Virus record (IMG/VR): IMGVR_UViG_3300042463_001805 | Coordinates: 1-64,000 of that record | Direction: 5' to 3' (one strand) | Origin: a virus | Lineage: Duplodnaviria > Caudoviricetes | DNA length: 64,000 bases | Part shown: piece after piece, positions 18,212 to 29,066 of the stretch | Layout of the letters: each line of letters begins with the position of its first letter | How positions within the stretch are numbered: position 1 is the first letter of the stretch | Position numbers and translations under genes: made by a program | The notes under the pieces: model-generated | Seen by the model: only the letters and a program-made list of their open reading frames with translations | What the model was told of the DNA's origin: nothing | Databases searched by the model: none

Positions 18212-21200
18212 ATGAAAAAAGAACTTATTTCAGAAATATCACGTATTCATAAAATAATGGGGGTTAAAAATGCAACAATCATTAAAGAAAGTACTGGTTG
18301 CCCATTATGCGATGTTATTAATTCAAAAATTGATGATTTGGCAAGAAAGTTTGCCAATAAAGAAATTGGATATTCAAGATTTCAATATGAGGTTGATGAT
18401 CTAATAAAAAAAGTAGAATCCGGTGTTGATAACACTGGTAAAAAAATATTAAACTCTGCAGAATTAGAAGGACTTACACAAATCAAAAAAAATCTAGATA
18501 ATCTAAAGAAAACTTCAGATAATATTGATTCATATAAAACAGCAGTAAAAAACACAATTAATAATGCAGACCTTTTAAGTAAAAAAACATTTCAAGAGGC
18601 ATCAACAATAAAAACAAATATTATTGATAACATTGATTGGGATGCCATTAGCAAAACTCAAGAATATTCAGACTATGTTTTTAAAAATTCATCGGAAGTG
18701 AATGGTACTTTGTCATCATTTGATTCAGATTGGTTATCTAAAACTGAAGATCAAATAAAAAAATTTATTGATACGTATAAAACAATTGATGTGTATGCTG
18801 AAAACATTAAAAAGGTAATGAAGTCTTATTTTATTGAAAGCGGTATTGAGGAAACTTTATCTGAAAACCTATCAAATATGTTCAAAACATGGACAAAGGA
18901 AAACCCAAACATAAATAAACATTTTGTTGAACCAACAACAATTTATAAAAAGGCAGAAGATAGAACAGTACCACAAAGGTTTGGTAAAAATTATGATGAT
19001 ATAGATAGTGAATATTATGCATCCTTAGAATTAAATGAAGTGGATCCTCATTTTATTAAACCTCTTGATTTAGATAATGGTGTTGGGTATAGTATGGAGA
19101 ATTTTACTGATTCTAAAACTTTACAAGATTACTTGGGTGGGGGTAATAAAATTTCTGAAAAAATGGCAGATGACATAAAATTGTCTATTGAAAAGGCACA
19201 TGATAATGGATTATGTCATGGAGATTTAAATACTAATAACATTTTAATTAAAAATGATGGATCAGATTTTAGAATCATAGATCCCGTTGGTTATCCGCCA
19301 AAAGATGAAGGGTTTAAAGATTTTGATTTGGCAAAGGCCGATGATTTAGAAAAATTAAAACTGATAATAGATCCAAAAAATATAAAAGTAGATGAAACGT
19401 TTAACCCAAAAAATTTCACAATAGTTTCTGACTTTAACAGTGATAAATTTCTTAATTTAATTAATCAATTTGTTGAATCTTCAGACCCAATTAAAAGAGT
19501 GTCAATATTGAAAATTTTAACTAAAACAAAAGGAGAAAAAGATATATTAGATGCGTTTGTGACTAAATTTTCTGATAACATTTCACAGACAGAAAAAATA
19601 CAAAGTATTGATCAATTATTTGACCCAAATAAAATTGTTGATTTAACAAATTTAGCGAAAAGTTTGGTTCAAAATAAACAAACTTTGGTTAAGGGTGTAT
19701 ACCCACAATTCAATCAAGTTAGATACCCAAATTTAATTGAATTTGCATCAAGTTCAAACGCTTTGATAAGAGAGATTAAATCAAAAATGACGGACGTTGA
19801 TGTGGATAATGTTGTTTCTTATGTAAAAAATGGGGTAGAAGGGTTATCGTCTGAAAGTGTTGAAAAATTAAGTAATGGTTTACAAAACATTAATAAATCA
19901 ACAACTAATCCTGATGTTAAAAAATTTATAGAAAATGTTTTATTGGATGTTAATAAATTGTCTGATGATTTAACAAATGTTAAATTTCAAATTAATAGAT
20001 TGACTACCGCTGCCGAAAATTTTGAAGTAAAACAAGTTGCTGGTGTTAAAATAAATGAATCAGAATTAAAAAACATACAAAGAATCGTTAAAGAAAGGGG
20101 TGTTATGGAATGGGGTTGGGATAGGTCACTAGACGAGCCGTTATTTGAAAATGTAACCATAAATGGGGAACCTGTGAAATTTACAATTTCAAGAAAAGGT
20201 CCAAGAAGATATGACGGTAATAGGGCATATCAAGATAAGATTTACGATCAATTTGAAGAAGAATATCTTAAAGAATTTAATGTTAGTAACATATCTTTTG
20301 AAGATTTTTTAAAAAAACAGTTTAAAAATGATCAATCTATGCTTGATAGATATTTTCCAAAATACAATGTTAGTGGTGGTGTAAAAATGGCCGATGATGA
20401 TGGTTTTACTTGGGTTATTGTAAATCCTGAGCTGACGAAGAAAAAAAATATTGATTTTGTAACATTTCATGAAATGACTCATGTAGGTCAGAAATCTGAT
20501 TATATGAGTACTTCAAGTAATTATAGATCTCGTTTTAGTTCTTCACAAGATGCTCTAGAGTTTATGAATTCCAAAACCAATTACTCTTTTGAAAAAGGAT
20601 TGTCACCTGATAAAGAATTTGAATTTTGGAAGTTTAGAATAAGCCCAGAGGCCGGTGATGTAATTGCAAATTACAGAAAACTCACAGGTGGTGCGGATCC
20701 TTTTGGTGACTACAATGATTTTTTACCATTTAAAGAATGGGCATTGAAAAATCAATCTTTAGTTGGAGAGAAATTTTTCAAAAATGCAAAAATTTATGAA
20801 AATATAGAAAAGAATAATTTTAGTACTGACGTAAAAAGAAGGTCTTTATTATTATCATTAGAAGAAACAAGAAAAAGAGCCTATCAAAATGGTATTCCTG
20901 AAGGAATTGAAAAGATTGAAAAAATGATTGATAACGTTAAAAATTTACCTGAAGATAAATTAAATCGTTATTTAAAAAATAATGTTGACGACCCCATGCT
21001 AAGTCATAACATCATAGATTCTGCAAAAAGATTAGGTTATGGGTTAAATATACAAGAAATGGAAGCCAATTTTACTGCACTAATAAGAGAGTTAATGGAA
21101 AACGGAACAAATAAAGAAAATGTAGGTTTAGCAACGTGGATAGTTAATTATTTGAAAAAAAATAATAAGTTAGAAACATTATCAAATCTACAAAACAAAC

Positions 21201-21529
21201 AAGATTTTTCAAAACAGGTTTACAGTTATATGCCAAATTTAAACATAGCACAAAAAAGTAGGGCAGAAAAATACGCAAATAATTCATCTGAACAATTTTG
21301 GGAATTTTTAGAAAAAATAGAAAAAGAATATAAGGCGGTTTATCCTGATGATGCGCAAAAACTTTATAGTAAGTTGTATAAACAGGCTTACCAAATTATT
21401 AGTAAAGGATTTCCTGTCGTTGCTGGTGTTGTATTTGCGGATGGAATTACAGATATTGGTGGTGGAAGTGAAGTAACCACTGAATCTTTTGTTAAATTTA
21501 AACTAAAAGAGTTTTTTGAAATACAATAA
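18212..21529 (+). CDS. Polymorphic cargo protein A: shared 238-aa N-terminus + kinase-like core + HExxH zincin-like motif
   Basis: HGDLNTNNILIK..IIDP (from 19217); FHEMTHVGQ (20468) with downstream QEMEANF. Confidence 0.7.
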   Translation: MKKELISEISRIHKIMGVKNATIIKESTGCPLCDVINSKIDDLARKFANKEIGYSRFQYEVDDLIKKVESGVDNTGKKILNSAELEGLTQIKKNLDNLKKTSDNIDSYKTAVKNTINNADLLSKKTFQEASTIKTNIIDNIDWDAISKTQEYSDYVFKNSSEVNGTLSSFDSDWLSKTEDQIKKFIDTYKTIDVYAENIKKVMKSYFIESGIEETLSENLSNMFKTWTKENPNINKHFVEPTTIYKKAEDRTVPQRFGKNYDDIDSEYYASLELNEVDPHFIKPLDLDNGVGYSMENFTDSKTLQDYLGGGNKISEKMADDIKLSIEKAHDNGLCHGDLNTNNILIKNDGSDFRIIDPVGYPPKDEGFKDFDLAKADDLEKLKLIIDPKNIKVDETFNPKNFTIVSDFNSDKFLNLINQFVESSDPIKRVSILKILTKTKGEKDILDAFVTKFSDNISQTEKIQSIDQLFDPNKIVDLTNLAKSLVQNKQTLVKGVYPQFNQVRYPNLIEFASSSNALIREIKSKMTDVDVDNVVSYVKNGVEGLSSESVEKLSNGLQNINKSTTNPDVKKFIENVLLDVNKLSDDLTNVKFQINRLTTAAENFEVKQVAGVKINESELKNIQRIVKERGVMEWGWDRSLDEPLFENVTINGEPVKFTISRKGPRRYDGNRAYQDKIYDQFEEEYLKEFNVSNISFEDFLKKQFKNDQSMLDRYFPKYNVSGGVKMADDDGFTWVIVNPELTKKKNIDFVTFHEMTHVGQKSDYMSTSSNYRSRFSSSQDALEFMNSKTNYSFEKGLSPDKEFEFWKFRISPEAGDVIANYRKLTGGADPFGDYNDFLPFKEWALKNQSLVGEKFFKNAKIYENIEKNNFSTDVKRRSLLLSLEETRKRAYQNGIPEGIEKIEKMIDNVKNLPEDKLNRYLKNNVDDPMLSHNIIDSAKRLGYGLNIQEMEANFTALIRELMENGTNKENVGLATWIVNYLKKNNKLETLSNLQNKQDFSKQVYSYMPNLNIAQKSRAEKYANNSSEQFWEFLEKIEKEYKAVYPDDAQKLYSKLYKQAYQIISKGFPVVAGVVFADGITDIGGGSEVTTESFVKFKLKEFFEIQ

Positions 21530-22325
21530 CATAAAAGGATAAACCTGACATATATACATTAAAAAGATAATTTACATTAGTTAAATTGTTTTTAAGATAT
21601 ATTTATATATTATGAAAAAAGAACTTATTTCAGAAATATCACGTATTCATGAGATAATGGGGGTTAAAAATGCGATAATTCTTAATGAAAACGTCGCCTG
21701 TCCATTATGCGATGTTATTAATTCAAAAATTGATGATTTGGCGAGAAAATTTGCCAATAAAGAAATTGGATACTCAAGATTTCAATATGAGGTTGATGAG
21801 CTAATAAGAAAAGTAGAATCAGGCGTTGACGATACTGGTAAAAAAATACTAACAGGTAATGAGTTAGCGGGTCTTTCACAAATTAAAAAAAATCTAGATA
21901 ATCTAAAGAAAACTTCAGATAATATTGATTCATATAAAACAGCAGTAAAAAACACAATTAATAATACCGGATCTTTAAGTGACAGACCTTTATCAAGTGC
22001 AAAAAATATTAAAACAAAAATTATTGATAACATTGATTGGGATGCCATTAGCAAAACTCAAGAATATTCAGACTATGTTTTTAAAAATTCATCAGAAATA
22101 TCCGGCACTTTATCAGATACTGATAACCTTTGGTTATCTCAAACTGAAGAACAAATAAAACAATATGTTGATTTTTATAAAACAGTTGATGTTTATGCTG
22201 AAAACCTTAAAAAAACACTTAAACAATATTTTATTGGAAAAGGTTTTGATGAAACGTTTGCGGAGAATTTATCAGAAGCATTTAAAACATGGACAAAGGA
22301 AAACCCAAACATAAATAAACATTTT
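18212..22325 (+). repeat. Dispersed 714-nt direct repeat (18212-18925 and 21612-22325)
   Basis: Constant 3400-nt offset, long identical blocks, ends at identical AAAACATGGACAAAGGAAAACCCAAACATAAATAAACATTTT. Confidence 0.9.
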
Positions 22326-24314
22326 CCAAATACTTCACCTGTAATTGATGATGGTGCGGATGACGTTGTTGATGACGTTGTTGATGATGTAGGTACCGAT
22401 CTAAATCCCCCTGAAATTAAAAAAACAAGTGATTCTGAAATAAAGACAATGTTTGAAGAAAATAGAACTTCTGTTGATATTGAAGGTATAAAAAATGTTG
22501 ATCATCTTAGAAAAAAAGTTGCTAGCAACAATAAAACCGATTCTAATTGGGGTGTTGTTGATGAGGTAAACACCGCAATCATGAAAGGTAAAAAAATTGA
22601 TGTTTCAACATATTCAGATGATTTAATAAAAAATGCATTTAAAGAAACTGGCGAATTTTCTGACGAACAAATAAATACATATTTAAAACTTTTAAGAAAC
22701 CCTGTTAAGGGTTATGGTATTGCCGATTACGTTTGGTGGAATATTTTTGAACCAATATTTAAAAAGTTTACCGTATTAATACCCGAAATAATCACAAAGG
22801 TTAAAGTTGCGTTAGGAATGATGAAAAAACCAACACAACAAGATCTTGTTGATAATTTTATGGAAAAAGTACAAAAAATGATGTTGACTCCAGACATTAT
22901 GTCGGACCCAAGAAAATTATCAGCAGCATTAAAAGAATTAAGAGTTAAGTTTGGTCAATTAAGATCTATAAATCCATCCGCATATCCATATTATCAAACA
23001 ATTTGGAAAGATTTGGACAGTTTTATGAGAAAAGAATTATCTGGTAGTGTTGACTCAATAAAGTTATGGGATGAATTTATTGATGCGACTAAAGCACAAA
23101 AAGATGGATTTTTGAGTTCTAGTTGGAATTATTTATTAAAACGAACAATAGATGAAAAGGGGTTAGCTAATGACATTGATTTAAGTATATTACCAATGTA
23201 CGGTGCACAAAAAAAGGCTGTAGAACAAGTTATAAAAAGTAGTAAAACACAGGCATTTTTTAAAAAATTAAAAAATTCATTACTAGGTTATTTTTTAGCA
23301 AATACGTTTAGAACACCAAAACAAATGGAACAGTTTTTTATTGATAATGCGTATAGAACAAAAGGAACTAAATGGAGTTTAAAAAATCCTTTAGGTGTAG
23401 GTAGTGCTGCTGTTGCAAATTTACTTTATGGTCCAATAATACGTTATATTTATATTCCTGTGGTTGGGACCGCACTGATTGGATTTACAGAAATGCTTAT
23501 GTCAAGTGGTAGTAACGTGGATCCAATACCTGGAGATCTTGAAGATTATTTTAAAATGTTTATTAATGGTTTTAATTTGGATGGTCCATTAGATTTTAGT
23601 GGTTACCCTGAATGGTATCAAATAATAAAAAATAACAAGGTGATTGATTGGTTTACTCCTCCCGCCGCAGATGTATTATTACAGTTAACTGCTTGGTATA
23701 CTATGGAAAAAGTACCTATTGAAAAAGCAATAGAACAAAAATCTCAAGAAGGATATAAAGAAGGAGTAAAAACCGCAAATGAAGAAGCGTTAAAAAAATA
23801 TGAAAATAGTAATGAAGCAACTAAAGAAGAAATTAAAAAAAGAAGTCAATATACCACGACTTTAGATTTATTAACAACTCGTGGATACCGATCACCTAGT
23901 AGAGTACAACAAGATTGTTTAAAAAATAAAATATTATTTGAACCAACACCAACAATAGGGTTTGAACCAAAGGTAGACGTTAAAAAAATTGATGTTAAAT
24001 CTACTATAGATGCAGTTAAAAATACAAACCCAAAAGATTTGATAAATTCTGATGAGATAAAAAAACAAATTACCGCAAACGTTATTGGTAATACGGTTTT
24101 TAAAGCTAAAGACGGTAAAAAATATGTTTTAGTTCCTGCCTATTCGGGCAACGACCCTTTGGATGTTTTGGATAAAACTGACAATAAATCAATTATTGAT
24201 GATGGTGCTGCGATTGTTTTACCAGCATATGAAGACATAAAACCTGGTATTACAAAATATACGTTTATTAGTTTAAAAGAATTTGCAGATAAATACATAG
24301 AATGTTCTAAATAA
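21612..24314 (+). CDS. Polymorphic cargo protein B: shared 238-aa N-terminus + unrelated C-terminal region with hydrophobic helices
   Basis: N-terminus colinear with 18212 gene; TATTTAT at 21600. Confidence 0.75.
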   Translation: MKKELISEISRIHEIMGVKNAIILNENVACPLCDVINSKIDDLARKFANKEIGYSRFQYEVDELIRKVESGVDDTGKKILTGNELAGLSQIKKNLDNLKKTSDNIDSYKTAVKNTINNTGSLSDRPLSSAKNIKTKIIDNIDWDAISKTQEYSDYVFKNSSEISGTLSDTDNLWLSQTEEQIKQYVDFYKTVDVYAENLKKTLKQYFIGKGFDETFAENLSEAFKTWTKENPNINKHFPNTSPVIDDGADDVVDDVVDDVGTDLNPPEIKKTSDSEIKTMFEENRTSVDIEGIKNVDHLRKKVASNNKTDSNWGVVDEVNTAIMKGKKIDVSTYSDDLIKNAFKETGEFSDEQINTYLKLLRNPVKGYGIADYVWWNIFEPIFKKFTVLIPEIITKVKVALGMMKKPTQQDLVDNFMEKVQKMMLTPDIMSDPRKLSAALKELRVKFGQLRSINPSAYPYYQTIWKDLDSFMRKELSGSVDSIKLWDEFIDATKAQKDGFLSSSWNYLLKRTIDEKGLANDIDLSILPMYGAQKKAVEQVIKSSKTQAFFKKLKNSLLGYFLANTFRTPKQMEQFFIDNAYRTKGTKWSLKNPLGVGSAAVANLLYGPIIRYIYIPVVGTALIGFTEMLMSSGSNVDPIPGDLEDYFKMFINGFNLDGPLDFSGYPEWYQIIKNNKVIDWFTPPAADVLLQLTAWYTMEKVPIEKAIEQKSQEGYKEGVKTANEEALKKYENSNEATKEEIKKRSQYTTTLDLLTTRGYRSPSRVQQDCLKNKILFEPTPTIGFEPKVDVKKIDVKSTIDAVKNTNPKDLINSDEIKKQITANVIGNTVFKAKDGKKYVLVPAYSGNDPLDVLDKTDNKSIIDDGAAIVLPAYEDIKPGITKYTFISLKEFADKYIECSK

Positions 24315-24334
24315 AAAAAAATATAACTTAAATT

Positions 24335-25201
24335 ATGAGTAAAAGATTTGACGAAGATAATTTTAAACACTGGAAAGACACATTCAAGTTCCAATCATAC
24401 GATGAGGAAAATGGTGAGTATAAAGATGTTAAAATTAAAATGGAAGATGTAATGGATAGAATTGACCATTACAGAAAAAAATATGACGAGGATGATTCCT
24501 TTGTTAGAGCAGTAGTTGATACTCATGAAGATGTTGTAAAAATTATGTTTACAAAAGATTTGGCACACTTAACTGAATCAACAAGGTTGGTTGGGTTTGC
24601 AAAACTACTTCAAAACATAACTGAAAGTAGAGGTGAAATGGAAATATGGTCAGTTGCTAGACCTGCAGATGGAAACTGGTTTTTAGTAAAAGGGTCTTTC
24701 AATAAAAGACAATTAGCAAATATGGATTTACATAAAAAAGAAAGACCAGATAAAGAACCTGAACATAGAGAAAAACCCGAACAAGGGTTAAAAAAAAAAG
24801 AAGAAAGCGCAATCCAAACACTGAAGACTAATGAAGTTCAAGGACTTGAGTTACTACCCGTTAAAATAAAACAAAAGGTAAAAGAAAAAATGTCCAAAGG
24901 ATGGACAACTGAAACTCCTTTTGATTTTTTTAGTGATTTTTATACAACAAGTGAAATAAATTCAGTTTTTAATGAAAAAATTAAAATTTATAAACTTAAA
25001 GCCACTCATGAATTTTTTAACGCATTAAAAGAACATTCTGCAAAAATATCACTGAAAAGAGGTTTATGTAGAGCGATTTATTTGGCAAAAAATGATTCTG
25101 ACATAACACAAGATCAAGAAAAAGTCGTAAGACACGTTATTAATAGATGTGATCAAAAATTTGAAGGTAAATTAGGAATTTATAGGTCACAACCGAATTA
25201 A
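24335..25201 (+). CDS. Hypothetical protein
   Basis: 288-aa ORF; internal LTE/ITE motifs. Confidence 0.7.
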   Translation: MSKRFDEDNFKHWKDTFKFQSYDEENGEYKDVKIKMEDVMDRIDHYRKKYDEDDSFVRAVVDTHEDVVKIMFTKDLAHLTESTRLVGFAKLLQNITESRGEMEIWSVARPADGNWFLVKGSFNKRQLANMDLHKKERPDKEPEHREKPEQGLKKKEESAIQTLKTNEVQGLELLPVKIKQKVKEKMSKGWTTETPFDFFSDFYTTSEINSVFNEKIKIYKLKATHEFFNALKEHSAKISLKRGLCRAIYLAKNDSDITQDQEKVVRHVINRCDQKFEGKLGIYRSQPN

Positions 25202-25226
25202 ACAAATTATCAAATATTTATTGTAA

Positions 25227-27692
25227 ATGAAAAGAAGTTTACAAATAAGCGAGGATGAAAAAAAACACATCCTAAACAAATATAACTTATTAAAAGAGGC
25301 GCTAGACCCTAGAGTAAAATCAATTACTTGTGGAAGTGGTAACACAGAAAAAGGTCAAGGGTTAGATTGTGTAATTGAATACACAAATGGGGATTCTTTT
25401 GAGGGGATGACCCAAAACGGATTACCACAAAATGGTAAATATATCTTTGCTGACGGTCATTTCTATTATGGTTCCTTTGAGTTCACCGAAAGTCATTCCA
25501 AATTACACTATCAAGGATGGGGTATGGATGGTGACGCATATAGAAAAGTTGATACTGAAGATTTAATTGATTATCACAAAAAATTTATTGGTTCATCTGA
25601 TGATGAAGAAGAAGTTAAACCCGAAGATAAACCCGAAGATAAGCCTGAAGAAATAGTAAAACCTAATGAAGTAACTATTTCTGACGAGTTAAGAAAAAAA
25701 TGGGAAGGGTGTGTAAAAACTCAAGATCCGGCATTTCATTTTGATGGAGGAAGAACAGGAAGTAAAGATTTAGGCACATTAACTAAAATGCCTGAAATGG
25801 GATTTGCAAAATTCAAAGGAACCGTTGATGGTAAAACCATTGAGTTTAGGGGGTGTTTTGATAAGTTCAAAATGGTTAGGGGGTTTGAAACAGGAGATAG
25901 AGGGTCTTTTGATGGTTATTACTATACAGAAGATGAAACCGCATCATTTTTTCTTGGTGATGAAACTAAGGGAAATAAATTCATGTGGGGTCAATTAAGT
26001 AAGTCTAAAGATTATAAATTTCACGATGCCGATTGGGTCTACACGGGTAGTTTTGTTGATGGTAAAATCAACGGGACTTCTAAAGATATACCTCCTGTTA
26101 CTGCTGACATACATTTTGGGGATATTAAATTTAGTGACGGTAAAAAATATGAAGGAGATTTTGAAGGAGAACAAATAAACGGTAAGGGAATTTTCTTATT
26201 TCCAAATGGAATGAAGTTGGAAGGAGATTTCAAAACAAATGCCGAAGAAGGCGTTACTATAAGTGTTACCACAAATGAAAATCAGTTTATTCCCGACATA
26301 TTCAAATATAATGAAACGTACAAACACGTTACAAAAAAAGAAGAGAAAAAAACAGTCGGAGCAATAAAGACAAGTAATTTTAATGGTATTACTAAATTTA
26401 AATTTAATTTAGAAAGTAAAAAAACAGGCAAGAAAAAAGATTTTCAAGGACCACTACCTTATGTTTTTGTGAGAATAACTAATACCAAAGACAGAAAAAT
26501 ATTTTTTGAAACTAAATCTGACTCGTCAGGTAATTTTAAAATACCAAATGTACCATACGGAACCTACAAATTATTTTTTGCGGTGGATGGCAATATAAGA
26601 GAATTTATTTATAAAAAATCAAAATATGTGATTAACAAAGAAGAACAAAAAGTTAGTGTTCCTCTTAAACCATCAAAATATTTATATAAATCTCTACGTT
26701 TTGATGTAATTAATTTTGATAGATCTGAAACAAGGTCAGATGGTAGTACCTTTTTACCAGGTACAGGTGCAGAAACATATGATTTATTAGGTATGACCAA
26801 TGAAGAAATGATAGAATACGTATTTTCAAGTATTCATCAAACTGACGACAAAGATTGGTTATCTGATTTAATTGCCGGTAGATTTGAAAAAAAATATGGT
26901 GAGGTGACAAGCAAAGAAGCGTGTTTAAGAGAATTTAAAAACTACGCCGACATAATCAGAAAAATACAAAAAAAGGAAATAGATTTAGAAATACTAAAAA
27001 AACCAGGTAATGATTTACAACCAACTAAAGAATATCTAAAAAAATGTGTACAAGTTTATGGTAAACAAATCAACGACAAAGATGATGTAAAATTAGTTGC
27101 AAACCCACCTGGTGAAGCCTATGGTTATGGGGTAAGATTAGAAAATAAAAATAAACAAAATATTTATAAAGATATGGGACTTTCAAGAACAATTAATAAA
27201 GTGGTTACTGAACACGCAAATAATAAAAAGTCTTTAATTCAAGAATCAAGAATTATTAATAATAGGTTGAAAATGATAGCTGAAAGTTATAATTTAAATC
27301 GTAAATCAGAAAAAAGATTAGCATTCAATGAGTTAAGAAATGAAAAAATAAAATTAATAAGTTTGGGTTATGACCGAAACATTGTGAAAGAATCTTTTAT
27401 AGATGTTATGAAAGGTTTATTTGGTAGTACAGGTCAAGACCCAATTGCTGACTTTAAAAAGGGTTTAAGTGAAAAATTATCAACACCGATAGATTTGAAA
27501 GTGATTGCAAATGAACTTGATGTTGCGATTATAGAAGAAGCGTTTAAAACTGAAAACCCAAAAGATTTAATATTAGAAACCATAATAGAAAAAATAAAAG
27601 AAAAGATAGATCCACAAATTGATGTTGTATTTCAAAATATTAATAAAAAAATGGATGACTTTCGCAATGCCGTTGGCGGATTACAAGTATAA
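25227..27692 (+). CDS. Leader + MORN-like repeats + carboxypeptidase-regulatory-like domain protein
   Basis: Leader ISEDEKKHILNKYNLLKE; Y.NGDSFEG, FSDGKKYEGDF..GKG.F.FPNG; TKSDSSGNFKI.NVPYGTY. Confidence 0.7.
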   Translation: MKRSLQISEDEKKHILNKYNLLKEALDPRVKSITCGSGNTEKGQGLDCVIEYTNGDSFEGMTQNGLPQNGKYIFADGHFYYGSFEFTESHSKLHYQGWGMDGDAYRKVDTEDLIDYHKKFIGSSDDEEEVKPEDKPEDKPEEIVKPNEVTISDELRKKWEGCVKTQDPAFHFDGGRTGSKDLGTLTKMPEMGFAKFKGTVDGKTIEFRGCFDKFKMVRGFETGDRGSFDGYYYTEDETASFFLGDETKGNKFMWGQLSKSKDYKFHDADWVYTGSFVDGKINGTSKDIPPVTADIHFGDIKFSDGKKYEGDFEGEQINGKGIFLFPNGMKLEGDFKTNAEEGVTISVTTNENQFIPDIFKYNETYKHVTKKEEKKTVGAIKTSNFNGITKFKFNLESKKTGKKKDFQGPLPYVFVRITNTKDRKIFFETKSDSSGNFKIPNVPYGTYKLFFAVDGNIREFIYKKSKYVINKEEQKVSVPLKPSKYLYKSLRFDVINFDRSETRSDGSTFLPGTGAETYDLLGMTNEEMIEYVFSSIHQTDDKDWLSDLIAGRFEKKYGEVTSKEACLREFKNYADIIRKIQKKEIDLEILKKPGNDLQPTKEYLKKCVQVYGKQINDKDDVKLVANPPGEAYGYGVRLENKNKQNIYKDMGLSRTINKVVTEHANNKKSLIQESRIINNRLKMIAESYNLNRKSEKRLAFNELRNEKIKLISLGYDRNIVKESFIDVMKGLFGSTGQDPIADFKKGLSEKLSTPIDLKVIANELDVAIIEEAFKTENPKDLILETIIEKIKEKIDPQIDVVFQNINKKMDDFRNAVGGLQV

Positions 27693-27757
27693 CGGTAGAA
27701 ACTTTGGGTAGAATCTTAGTTTCATAAACCTTAAAGAAAGGGAGGTGTTCTAAATCT

Positions 27758-27792
27758 AAGAAAGGTGTTCCGAGAGGAATACCTTTTCTTTT
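27758..27792 (+). terminator. Intrinsic terminator
   Basis: AAAGGTGTTCC-GAGA-GGAATACCTTT followed by T tract. Confidence 0.75.
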
Positions 27793-27811
27793 ATTAGGGT
27801 ATTTATTATAT

Positions 27812-28168
27812 ATGGAATTTAATATCAGAAAAAGGGCAACGTTACCATATTTAGAAGTTGATTTGTTTAAATCAGGTAGATTAGATTATAATTTTAAAAA
27901 TACTAACTTATCTGAGGCAACAATTTATTTGTATATGAAAAATGTTGAAACAGGGATATATAAAATCGCTAAAGGTGTTTGTGTGTATTCACAAGAAAAT
28001 AATTCAATATATTATCAATTTACAAAAAAGAATACATCAGATATTGGTAGGTTTGAGGTTGAGTTTAGAATTTCAAACGATCAAGGTGAAATCACATTAC
28101 CATTAACTGAAAAAATTTTTGTTAATGTTTTAGAATCATTTTCAAATAGCGACTTTTGTTGTACATAA
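27812..28168 (+). CDS. BppU-like/Ig-fold virion structural protein
   Basis: F.I....TLP.L.V, YQF...T...G.F..EF.I...ITLP pattern. Confidence 0.55.
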   Translation: MEFNIRKRATLPYLEVDLFKSGRLDYNFKNTNLSEATIYLYMKNVETGIYKIAKGVCVYSQENNSIYYQFTKKNTSDIGRFEVEFRISNDQGEITLPLTEKIFVNVLESFSNSDFCCT

Positions 28169-28202
28169 AAAATACAAAAAACTATTTATTAAATAAAATA
28201 GA

Positions 28203-29066
28203 ATGGCGAATAAAAAAATCTCCGAATTACCATATATAGATGGTGGTAAAATATCAGGAAATACTTTGGTTCCTTTGGTTACGTATTTTAGTGCCACGAC
28301 AGGCGATACGGTACACACATACGTTAGTGATTTACAAACATATTTAACTTCAGGAATAACGGGAAATACGGTGGTAGTTGGTGATTTTTTACCATTAAGT
28401 GGTGGAACTGTTACAGGACAAACGTTTTTTACATCAGGATTAACTATTACGGGAGATACGATTATAATAGACTCAACAGGTACCTCAACCGCCATTGATA
28501 CATCAACAAGAGAATTGGTGGATCCATCATCCTTTGTGAGTGTAGATTGGGGTCAAAGAAGTATGTACGATGATTTAGGTACATCCGCCTTAGAGTGGGC
28601 TTCAAGTAAAAGAAAACTATTAGATATAGCTTCAGCTGGCTCTGTAAATTGGGGGGATAGGATTTTAACAAAATCTGACGGAGCAACGATTTCTTTTGAT
28701 TGGGAAAACGGAATATTAACAGGCCAAACAAATATTGAGTCCTCAACAATATACGCAACAACATATTTGAATTTACCTAATGGATATTATGATACTACAG
28801 GTATAACAAGTTCTCAATCTATAACGTGGGATAAAACATATTGGGGGGTAAGTGGGTTAACAAATGTTGATATAACTTTACCGTCAACAACATCAAAAGA
28901 TGGGTATAGTTTAATAATAAAGGATGAAGGAGGAACCGCAGGAACTTATCGGATTAGGGTAACACCAACGTCAGGTTTGATAGATGGTAATAGTTATATA
29001 GATATGAACATAAACTATATGTCACTTACTTTTGTGGCAAGAAATAATAATTGGTGGATAATATGA
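28203..29066 (+). CDS. Tail-fibre/decoration-like structural protein
   Basis: ANKKISELP start, FLPLSGGTVTG, xDW repeats, ITLP..IIKDE.G...IDG..W.I C-terminal module. Confidence 0.6.
   Translation: MANKKISELPYIDGGKISGNTLVPLVTYFSATTGDTVHTYVSDLQTYLTSGITGNTVVVGDFLPLSGGTVTGQTFFTSGLTITGDTIIIDSTGTSTAIDTSTRELVDPSSFVSVDWGQRSMYDDLGTSALEWASSKRKLLDIASAGSVNWGDRILTKSDGATISFDWENGILTGQTNIESSTIYATTYLNLPNGYYDTTGITSSQSITWDKTYWGVSGLTNVDITLPSTTSKDGYSLIIKDEGGTAGTYRIRVTPTSGLIDGNSYIDMNINYMSLTFVARNNNWWII

Noticed and set aside
18212-22325. Diversity-generating retroelement template/variable repeat pair
   Set aside because: Mismatches are not adenine-specific, the repeat is N-terminal, and no reverse transcriptase is in the window
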